From Macrostomum lignano (Eukaryota), in NCBI GenBank assembly GCA_002269645.1, contig NIVC01000052.1, forward strand, positions 496,001-560,000: a DNA stretch of 64,000 nucleotides, given 5' to 3'. The notes below the pieces were generated by a model. It was given only the letters and a program-made list of their open reading frames with translations. It was not told the origin of the DNA and did no database searches. Positions 53,801 through 64,000 of the stretch are shown here, piece by piece. Positions within the stretch are counted from its first letter, which is position 1. Each line of letters begins with the position of its first letter. Both the position numbers and the translations under genes were made by a program.

Positions 53801-56800
53801 TCAACCGACAAAGTGAGGCAGTCTGAAAGCGACAATCAATTTGTATCTCTAGATAGGAACAGTGACTTTTTTAAATAACTTCCCTGCAGATTTATCGATG
53901 ACAACTGCGCTTTTGCGAAACTTGGACGGACTGCAGGGCTGCCTCATGCCTGATGGTCGAAGCAGCTGCGGACCGAGTTCTGCGAGAGCCTGGTCCATCG
54001 CTGTGAGCCCTCAACAGACTGTGGAGCTGCAGCTCTTTGATGCCGAGGGAGGCCAGCCGCATGGCGATACAGTCAGTGTGTACACGGGAGTTGAGCCCAG
54101 GCTCAGCGAGTCTCCCATATTCAGTCAGACTGGCCTACTTGGCGAGAGGAAGACCCTGAGAGCGAGCGGATTCGTCACCGTGGTGCTGAGAACCGACGCC
54201 AATGAAGCAAAGCGAGGGTTCGGCCTCCAGTATTCAGTGAAAAACGGTAATTATACATACTTTGTTTTCATTTTTAACAATAACTAATGCAAAAATATAG
54301 TCATACTACTTTAGTCTGCATTGCATGATCTATTCTTCTTTGCACTTAAAGTTTTACTGTCGGGACGATCGGGAGAAATCAGGTTCCCTCAAAACTCGTC
54401 GGATAGTTCAGCTTTCGACTTGGACATGGATTACAGCTGGATCATTCAAAGCAGCGGTTCTGTTCGCATCAATGTTCGTTCCCTCAATCTCCAGGACGGA
54501 GACAAGCTTCATCTGTACGAAAACACCACGTCCAAGGATGAGCTCAAGAGAAGATTTGTGCTAGCAGATGCGAGTGCCAGCGAGTCGGAGTTCTGGCTGA
54601 GAGGATCTGTTTTAATTCGCATCACTGCAGCGGGAGACGGCAGCCCGAGAAGCTTCCGGCTGGCATATCAGTCAGATCCTGATTTGAAGTGTAAGCCTTT
54701 AGAGAAGTCGCGTGCATATTAAAACTAAAACTAAATGTACGTAATCGTGAACCATTTTTATCCCAATCAAACCTTCTTGCAGTGGAAAATGCGGTTGAAG
54801 TAGTGAAGAGCAGTCGAGGTACCAGATGGAGCTTCCCTAAATTTGATACCACCGACAGGACTGAAAGAGCAAAAATTGTTTGGGTCATTGCGCCAAAGCC
54901 GAGTCATGAATTCACCGTTCATATTCTTTTCAAAGAAGAAGAATTTTTTGAATTTTACGATTCATATACCTGCGGTTGGTTCGTTTATGCTGGAAATTGG
55001 CTTACTCAGAGACTCTCCAATGATAGCTTTGAGGCTCAGTTCAGTGGACTGACACAGCACGTCAGTAAAAGTGGACCTGTTTCCGTTTACTGGGAACAGA
55101 TAGAAGAGTCTAGTATTATTGACCGCTGTACTGATTTGGTCTTTCAATTCGATTATCAAATCAGAAACGGTGAGCTCTTGCCCTTTTCAGTGCACCGTGA
55201 GACCATGGTGAGACCATAAACCTTACTTCCTTTCAGTGCATCGCTACCTTAGCGAGGACTCTGGAAGCCTTCGCTGTCCAGAGGAATTCAGCTCGACTTA
55301 CGCTAACGAGATGGAGTACAGATGGACCATCAACAGAAGGAATTTCGTCCTCATCACTGTCACATCTGCTGACATTGGCTACGGAAATGACATCATCCAG
55401 TTGTACGAGATGACTGATAGAGAAACCGATGAGCCAGAAGAGAGCAAGCTGAGGTTCACACTGACACAGGCGAATGCGACATCGGCAACGTATAAGTTGA
55501 TTGGTCCCGTGCTGATCCGGTTTAGCACGGATGAGTCTCTTGTTGGCAAAGGCTTCAGTTTGTCTTATACTGTTGAGGAACGAACTCGTGAGCCATTTTG
55601 GTGTTTTATGCATTTCCTTAGTTTAAAATTTTGAGTTCACGGTGTAAAATTTTGCAGCTTTGCGTATTCTGACGCTTGGTTTTCTATGCACGTGGGTGTT
55701 TCTCCACCAACCCACTTCTTTTACATTTTTAGTTTCCCGTAATCTGCTAAACGATTCGGGCAGTATCAGGTGTCCGAATGAAGAGTATGAAGCCTACGAG
55801 CATCAGATGGACTATCGTTGGTACATCCCATCGAGCAGAGTTGTCTTTTTGACAGTTAGAAGCATGGGCATTCAGGACGCAAACGATGTGCTTGAATTCT
55901 ATGAAAAGACTGACTCTTCGGCGGAACCGCAGCCTGAGAACAGAAAATACGCACTGACTGGAGACAGCTGGAGCTCAATAAAGTATGTTTTGGTTGGACC
56001 TACGTTGATCCGATTTAAAACTGATCATCAGAACGCGTCAAGAGGCTTTATAATCGATTATTATCTCGATCGATACGTGGGTGAGTTTCGAATTCTGAGT
56101 TCCAGATACTCTCATTACTGTTTATAGTAATTGGTAATGTTAATTATTGTTATTTAAGTTGAATTTTAGCACGCAAGGTGGGTCTACATTTGAGCCAATG
56201 CAAAGCATCTGACGTCTATTCAATTTTCGATGCCTTTTCAGTCGACTCAGGAAAGCTTCAATGCCCAGAGAACTTCGGCAGCGGTTACTATTTAAACAAC
56301 AAAACGTACGCCTGGTGGATCGGCGATCTGAGCCTGCTCGAGATGAAGGTTGACTCGTATGACGTTGAAACGGGAATCGATAAAATTAGTTTCTATGAGA
56401 AGACTCAGCTTTTTGAAGATGCTCAGGATTCTAAGAAAGGGTTTACCGTGACAAGTGATAACAAAACAGCTCATGTCGTTGGTCCGGTGCTGATCCAATT
56501 CGTTACTGACATTAGTATCATCAGGGCGGGCTTCAACTTATCTTACTCGGCTCTTGACAGCAGAAGTAAGTTGTAGTTAGTTAAATATTTGGTCAGTAAA
56601 AATTTACAGAGAGTGACAAAACAAATCAAAACAAAACAAACAGAAAGTGATGTTACTGTTTCCGTCAAACTACTTATTTACATCTTTAATATTCGTAACA
56701 TTCCTCAGTACGCTCTGAATGAAACCGTTTTAGTAAAATCGAGAAACCTGACAGACGAAAAAGCCGATGTTGTCTGCTCTGAAGGCGAGCAGCTTCCTGC

Positions 56801-59800
56801 GGAAGAAGAGATGAAGTATGACCTCGAGACTGACTACAGGTGGCTCATTGATCGTCAAGGCTGGGTCTCGCTGAAGCTGTCTCACGCAGATATTGTCAGA
56901 CTGTACGAGATGACTGCTGACCCCAGCGAGGACAGGCTGGCCTTCGTCTCTGAGCACAGGTCAATGACGAATGCGACCTCTGTAGAGTTCAGGCTCAGAG
57001 GTCCCGTGCTGGTTCGAGTCACCACAAAGCGGGTCAGTGGCAACATCTTCAAGCTGTCGTATCAGAGCGGGAGCGAAGGTAAAATATGATCATTTTCCAT
57101 TTATTCATCATTTATAGGAAATATTGTAAATAAGCTTTTGAGTCCCAGATACATGATTGTTCAACTGCTCAAACACGTTTAATAAGTATAAACACGCCTT
57201 CATTACAGAGCATTCAATGTGTACAGACGCTTGATATGCTTAAGGTCGGTTTGCCATGGACAACTGAAGTGAACGGCACACTCGATTTTTTTAGAAATGA
57301 GGTGCACGCTTTTAAAGACCGAATATTTTCCGAATCGCTAGAGGGCACGGCTCTGAAGGGGGTTTCGCTATAGATTAATTCGGTCGAAAAAACCCTGCGC
57401 TAGAAAAATCCGACTTCTTGAGAGCAAAAGCACTAGCGATGCGACAATTATACTCGTACTGTGTGTTCCTTACCTTCAGCTCATTACTGGGAAAATCGAT
57501 TTAGCGTCTTTCTACTGTACTTCAGTTTTTAATGCGGTTCGCCCTGCCGTTGGTGACTCAGTGGCTCCAGTTTATGGGATATTTCAACCCGCGGAAATGA
57601 CAACGATAATTCGGACCGTGTTTCTGTTTAGCAATAGCATGTAGGGAGGATAGACAAAACTGGGCGGGCAGTCACCACAGAATAATAATAGCTAATGTGC
57701 CCAGATATTCAGTGTTTGCTACTCACTTATTTTACCCTCGCATTATTCCAGAACTACCGATGCCGACTGAAATCATCAAAAACATCGAGGGAAGTAAAGC
57801 AATTTATCCGTCCAGAGGACCAATGGGCTCATCGAGAGCCTGGTCCATCGCTGTGAACCCTCAACAGACGGTTGAGCTGCAGCTCTTTGATGCCGAGGGA
57901 GGCCAGCCGCATGGCGATACAGTCAGTGTGTACACGGGAGTTGAGCCCAGGCTCAGCGAGTCTCCCATATTCAGTCAGACTGGCCTACTTGGCGAGAGGA
58001 AGACCCTGAGAGCGAGCGGATTCGTCACCGTGGTGCTGAGAACTGGAGCCAGCGGAGACAGATTCGGCTTGAGGTTCACCTACTCCGTTGGGAATGGTGA
58101 GTTGAGTCCGAAGTCTGCTGTGTCTTTGTCATCTAAATAGTTCCACCCTTTCCTCTTATTGCATCTTATAGTTCAAAGCAGGCTGCTTTGACCTTTAGAT
58201 TTGACCTCCTAAACGCCTGCCACGAATTTCAGTTTCTCTGAGTGATGCCGAAGGAGAAATCAGTTACTCCTCGCAAAGTGAAGCAACTGTTGGCAACCTG
58301 GACCATCGATGGATCATCGACAGAAGCGGCACGGTTCGCATCAGGTTCAGCTCCATCAATCTTCCTGCTGGGGACAAAGTGTACCTGTACCAAAACACGA
58401 GGTCTGAGACGGAGGACAAACTGAAATTTGTGGTGTCTGATTCGAGTGCCAGCCAGTCAGAGTTCCAACTGTCCGGTCCCATGCTGCTTCGGTTTACAGC
58501 CAACAGCGACGGCAGCCGCGGGGACTTCAAGCTCACTTACACAGCTGATGGTTCGGCTGAAGGTAATTCCTTGTTTTGTTGAAGATTCAGAAAACTTCCT
58601 ACTCAGAGATCACCTTTTTAAGTTAACACCTTAGCGATTTCTTACATCCAAGTACGCCCTCATTCAATGATTATGAGTTTACCATCATTGTGACTGCATC
58701 GCCAAAAAAAATCTGGCCAGAACCTCCGTCTCAGTCATTTGATTCCAAAGACCACCAAATCATTAGCACTGAAACACAACTGAATCTTTCAGAGGCTTCA
58801 CCAGCAACCGAGGTAATCAGGGGCAGCAGAGGCATGAGACTCTGCAATCCGGCGGAAGGATCCACCGTCCTCCCGAGACCTTCGAGCACAAAGTGGATTG
58901 TGGCACCAACTGGTTCTCATGATTTCCTGACGCACCTTATCTTTAACCGTATCACGACTTCGTCTTCTGTAGAGATATTCGCTGGCGACATGGATCTGCT
59001 TAGCAGCCCAGCGATGCAGAAAAGCGCGAGACGGATCCCATTTGCGAATCACGTGACCCACAAAGGCACCCTTGCAGTTGTATATTCGTCCAACAACTCT
59101 GCTTCGGCGAGCGGTCAAGTTGTTTTCGATTATCAGATCAGAAGTGGTGAGAATTCTTTAGTTGCACATTGTATTGCGATAATATTAATCTGCTGATTGA
59201 CACTAAGTTCCAACTTTGCACAATGTGGACAATGTGGTGCTTAAAATTTGTTTACATTTTCAGTGCACGTGGCCATGACCAATGACTCTGCTAGCTTTAG
59301 TTGTCCCGAAGAGACTGGCTCGACTTACGCTAACGAGATGGAGTACAGATGGACCATCAACAGAAGGAATTTCGTCCTCATCACTGTCACATCTGCTGAC
59401 ATTGGCTACGGAAATGACATCATCCAGTTGTACGAGATGACTGATGGAGAAACCGATGAGCCAGAAGAGAGCAAGCTGAGGTTCACACTGACACAGGCGA
59501 ATGCGACATCGGCAACGTATAAGCTGATTGGTCCCGTGCTGATCCGGTTTAGCACGGATAAACGGCTAGTCGGTCAGGGCTTCGACTTGTCCTATTCCAT
59601 CGAGCCTAGGACTGGTAATTGCACTTTTTACACTTCCTCTGACATTTTCCAATCATCTCTGATCCCCCGCTACTTTCAAACAGTTTCAGTTTTCGCCAAT
59701 CAGTCCCAAAGTTTTGCAATGCTTCAGTACCCAACCGATGCTAACAGGACAATGGAGAAGTGGATGGAGTATAAGTGGCTGATTCCGGGCAAATATGTTT

Positions 59801-60661
59801 ACAAGCTGGCATTCAACTGGTCAAATCTCGGAGCAGATGGAAGCTTCATTGAAGTCTTTGCAATTTCTGATCAAGCAAGCGCCGATGCCGATGAGCAAAA
59901 CTTGCTGTTCATTCTAACTGACGCGAATGCCACGTCAGCGGACTTTGTCCTGACGGGACCCCTGCTGATTAGAGTTAAAACTGGCAGACGCTTTGATGGT
60001 CGGGGCATTGCGTTCTCTTATAGACGCGGACCGGTTGTAGGTGAGCTCGAGGTGCTGAATTTTTTACGATTGCATTCACCACTGAGAGGGTTAAATATGT
60101 ACTTCGCTTGATTTTATTCAACTGCAGCTCTAATCTAAATATACTAAATCCACATATACTAAATCTCTAAGATTTGTCTAATACTAAAAATGGTTTTTCG
60201 GTAGGTATGTGTGTGCGTTTGTGTGTGATCGTTTTACCCAAACTTGCAAATTTACGATGTACACAATGGCTTTAGAATGTAGATCGAGTGCAAGTTGACC
60301 GCATTTCTTTTAGTTTCGGAGGACTTGGGCACGATCAAGTGTCCAAGCAACTATGGATCGTCGATGTACGCAAAATACGCTAATAACAAAGACTATCAAT
60401 GGCTGATCGACGCGACGGGCCCCGTCAACATCCGGATGGAAGAAGTGGACATTGAGAACTGCTGTGACAAAATCTTCATATACGACAGATTCAGCATCTC
60501 TGATGAGGTAGACGATAGCAAGCTGACAACGAGTCTGGTTAACAGCAATGCCACTGGAGTTTCACTAAGCCTGCAAGGTCCTGTGCTGCTTCGATTCAAA
60601 ACTGACTCAAGCGTTACTTCGAAAGGATTCCGCCTGGTTTATTCTACTCAAAGTCTAAACG
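47806..60661 (+). CDS. Secreted or surface multi-CUB-like protein (>2660 aa, 3' end not found). Signal exon 47806-47881; domain exons 48594-48938, 49129-49455, 49542-49901, 50102-50428, 50520-50843, 51016-51360, 51984-52322, 52466-52795, 53018-53332, 53429-53812, 53890-54246, 54352-54690, 54783-55169, 55237-55587, 55733-56080, 56242-56565, 56734-57078, 57752-58096, 58233-58562, 58793-59146, 59264-59614, 59690-60040, 60314-60661
   Basis: Signal peptide MDLLQLLLTAFLGSLLAFETGSAVA ends in a phase-1 donor. Each of the 23 exons has AG/GT ends and a length divisible by 3. Most carry the CUB pattern G-x-I-x-C/Y-P...Y-x-W-x-I...E-x-x-x-D-x-L/I-x-x-Y-E...GPV-x-I-R-F-x-T-D...GF-x-L-x-Y. Some acceptors have alternatives a few nt away. 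Confidence 0.85.
51375..51730. repeat. 61-bp minisatellite, ~6 copies, intronic
   Basis: Direct tandem repeat. Confidence 0.9.
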
Positions 60662-62149
60662 GTGAGCTCTCTATCTAAGCTTTTGTGCTAATCAAATCTC
60701 TTTGGAGGCACCAGTTAGTCAGTCACAGACATGATGAATCACTCTGTTCCGCTTCAGTCACAAATACCACCGGCTGGATTTGATCGCGGACTTGCCTGAA
60801 GCTCTGATTGGTCACAGATTGCTAATTACCAATGCAAATTAGCTAATCCAAACAAGGACAAACTAAGTGCTTTAGCGGACACTAAATGCTATCCGATATT
60901 CTAATTATTTTCTTCATCAAGATATTTTCTGTATTGATTGGCTGTTGATAATTTGTCCCATTAGAACTGATTTATCATTCTCTTCTTTGTTATCAAATTT
61001 TCTGGCGAAATACCTTTATGTACTCTTACCTGTTTTTAGATTTTGCACCTGGCATTACACGATATTGACGCGTGAAAGGATAAAGGATTAATATATAAGT
61101 ATCATCTGATCATATTCTATGGACTATTATGTCGCTTTTTCAACTCCGGAATTTTACTTGACTCCCCATCTATTGATTAAAACAATATTTTATATAGTTT
61201 ACTCGTTATAGTTTACTCATATAGCACTAAGCTGTGCTGTCCTGAAACTGATAGTTTCTTGTTGGTACGCATCGACAATAGAAATTCTCTCTTCGACCAT
61301 TTGTTCAATATTGAAATATAGCTACGACTAAAATTCTAAAGCAGTCCTTAAAAAATCAGAATATGCATCTAACTGAGGGTTCACTTTATGCCTTGGGAAA
61401 CTTTCTTCAACTTAAAAATCGACTTTAAATCATTAACATTGGCCTTCTGATGGCTTAGTAGGTCAGTTTGCAGGGGCCTCTGGGTGGAAGTCAGCAAGTC
61501 AGTGAGGATGCAAGCAGTCAGACTCATTCCGCTGACCTTGGGTACTGTGATGCGAGAGTCGGACGAGCTTATTACCGCTGATCTGGTCCCGGATTCCTTG
61601 ATAGCGTTTCACTCTTAGAGTGGACAATTTCTTCAGTTTAAATATCCTATGTTTCGCCCAGATTATCTGGGTATACTTTGACATTTAATGAAAGCTACTT
61701 GTCGTCGCTAAAATCTTAGCTCGTAGGATAGAAAATTCGACTAAATATTAATGTGTTGGAAAGATCAACTACTGAAAGTAGAAAGTTAAGAAGTTGGGCA
61801 GGCAGATCTTACCACAGATAATAAATACTGTATTTGGTACCTGCGGATCTCACAGAGCTAGGGATTAAAAGTAAGACGGCAAAAATATCGCCGAGGTAGT
61901 GTGAGTCTTGTAGTCAAAACCCAATAGGAACTTGTTCACAAAGACTAGTGGTGTTACTGAGCACGCGTTTTAATGACTGACTGTCAAAGCGGCTTCACAT
62001 TTTCGGCGCCAGAGCATTGGTTTTCCGCGACAGATTTGCAGCTGACAGGAAGTAGTCAGTCAGTCACGGCAGTTCAAGACAGGCATGCGTCCAAACCTGA
62101 GGCAGTCGACAACGACAATATGCATGTATCCGTGCAATGATGCGGGGTC

Positions 62150-63258
62150 TAGGACTTTTGGCTGCCAGTGACTTTTGTCTGCCAGTGACTTTTGTCTGCC
62201 AGTGACTTTCGACCGTCAGTGACTTTTGTCTGCCAGTGACTGTTGACCGCCAGTGACTTTTGACCGTCAGTGACTTTTGCCTGCCAGTGACTTTTGACCG
62301 CCAGTGACTTTTGACCGTCAGTGACTTTCGACCGCCAGTGACTATCGACCGTCAGTGACTTTCGACTGTCAGTGACTTTTGTCTTCCAGTGACTGTTGAC
62401 CGTCACCGCCAGTGACTTTTGACCGCCAGTGACTATCGACCGTCAGTGACTTTCGACCGCCAGTGACTATCGACCGTCAGGAGGGGGGGCCGTAGCCCAG
62501 CGGTAGCGCAGCTGCTCTGGTGTCCCGCGACCCAGGCTCGATTCCAAGTGCAGCCACATTAATTTGGGGCTGAATTGGAATTTCGGCTTGGCTCGCTTGT
62601 GCAATTAACGGCCTTGAGAGCCAACCCCCCAAGGCGCAGTGAAGTGTACATGCCTAACGATAATATAAAGTTAGGGCCGCTGTACACTCCTGTGTGAGTG
62701 TGTGCCTGCGTACGTATCCGCGCGCTTGTGTGCCTGCTCAGGGGAGTCGGCGGAATGGGCAGTAATGCCTCTCGCCGGTTGTGTGCCTATGTCGCTTAAA
62801 GTGCGCCAGGGTGCACACAACCCCCCTGCCTCTAATAAAAAAAATCGACCGTCAGTGACTTTCGACTGTCAGTGACTTTTGTCTTCCAGTGACTTTTGTC
62901 TGCCAGTGACTTTTGTCTGCCAGTGACTTTCGACCGCCAGTGACTGTTGACCGCCAGTGACTTTCGACCGCCAGTGACTTTTGACCGCCAGTGACTTTTG
63001 ACCGCCAGTGACTTTTGTCTGCCAGTGACTTTCGACCGCCAGTGACTTTTGTCTGCCAGTGACTTTCGACCGTCAGTGACTTTTGTCTGCCAGTGACTGT
63101 TGACCGCCAGTGACTTTTGACCGTCAGTGACTTTCGACCGTCAGTGGCTTTTGGCTGCCAGTGACTTTTGTCTGCCAGTGACTGTTGACCGCCAGTGACT
63201 GTTGACCGCCAGGGACTTTTGCCTGCCAGTGACTTTCGACCGCCAGTGACTTTTGACC
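62150..63258. repeat. ~17-bp minisatellite (CGACCGCCAGTGACTTT and variants), interrupted by a SINE
   Basis: Direct tandem repeat. Confidence 0.9.
62481..62844 (+). mobile_element. Full-length tRNA-derived SINE (family A) with A-rich tail and 11-bp target-site duplication
   Basis: GTAGCCCAGCGGTAGCG (A box), GGCTCGATTCC (B box), tail TAATAAAAAAAA. TCGACCGTCAG lies at 62470-62480 and again at 62845-62855. Confidence 0.85.
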
Positions 63259-64000
63259 AGTAGTATTATACCATACAAAATTGCCAGCAACAAACTAAAA
63301 TTAATGTTATTAAGGATAAATTCTACATTTTTCACTTCATTATCGCTCGTCTTCGCTCCACTCAACTCGCTCCGCTCATCCTCGCTTCATTTCGGTCAAA
63401 ATGTATAATTTATCCTTAATAACATTAATACTACCCTTTGTTTCTGAAATTTCGCTCTCGTCGTTCGCTTGTGGTTTGCTGGCAATTTTGTATGGTACAC
63501 CAACACATCCAACACTTCCAGCAGCAACCAACAGATACAAAACTTACTATTACTTTTAACCCTGGCCGCCCCGAAGGGGCTTGGGGCACAGAAAGCTTTT
63601 TTCTGTTACTAAAAATAGAGAAAAATGACACACGTTAAACAATTATATAATTTGAATAAAATGCAAATAGGAGACCCAGTAGAATACAGAGGAGAGGGTC
63701 TTTTTGAAATAATAGGCACCCGCAGCAAATACAATAAAAGATAATATGCCACTAATAGCACAAGCAGGCTCAGCAGCAGGCTCTGTAACCAACGCAGTCA
63801 ATGGTGGAATAGAAGCAGCTAGGGCAGCAGAAGAGCTCAAGAAATTGAGAGATTTTAATGACACCATCTTGCAAATAAAAGCAATAAAAGACTTAAAGCT
63901 AGCACAAGAATCTGCTCAAGCCGCACAAGCTACTGAAACACCTACTAAAAGTAATCCATTGAGTAATAAAGACATCAAAGGTTTTAATAAAATGTTACGT
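63259..64000 (+). mobile_element. Possible left end of a Polinton/Maverick-like element, with an ORF open at the window edge (63746 onward)
   Basis: The satellite stops abruptly at AGTAGT and AT-rich intron-free DNA follows. The reading GEGLFEIIG, then in a shifted frame AANTIKDNMPLIAQAGSAAGSVTNAVNGGIEAARAAEELKK, is reminiscent of small amphipathic Polinton/adintovirus proteins. No hallmark gene (polB, integrase, capsid) lies in the window. Confidence 0.4.

Noticed and set aside
59248-60111. 287-aa ORF as one double-domain exon
   Set aside because: It contains a GT-AG intron (59615-59689) that happens to be in frame. The phase-1 sites match those of all other CUB exons.
62481-62560. tRNA gene (also at ~10050-10125 and ~35770-35833)
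   Set aside because: Only A/B boxes are present with no cloverleaf, and each is fused to a repeated body, so these are SINE heads.

Overview
Animal genomic DNA, not prokaryotic. Short GT-AG exons are separated by introns built largely of mini- and microsatellites. This style resembles the flatworm Macrostomum, but the organism is an inference. From left to right the window holds: the 5' part of an AMP deaminase gene (minus, runs off the left end); a divergent Tudor-SN/SND1 gene (minus, 7 coding exons, one apparent frameshift); a calmodulin-like gene (plus); two or three hypothetical genes; a single-exon 1125-aa TPR protein (minus); a decayed RTE-like LINE; a secreted protein with a signal-peptide exon and 23 symmetric phase-1 CUB-like exons (plus, 3' end not found); two SINE families and a MITE; and a possible Polinton/Maverick left terminus at the right end. 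The best candidate for a new system is the single-exon gene at 37263-40640. Its N-terminus resembles vertebrate IFIT antiviral RNA sensors, and it is followed by a candidate HEPN-like segment and a 12-copy RGG repeat tail, suggesting an invertebrate RNA sensor-effector. The second candidate is the CUB array, which shows a 7-domain higher-order repeat and exon-restricted gene-conversion patches. Several introns are filled with repeats that copy splice signals. All family assignments were made by eye from remembered motifs; no searches were run.
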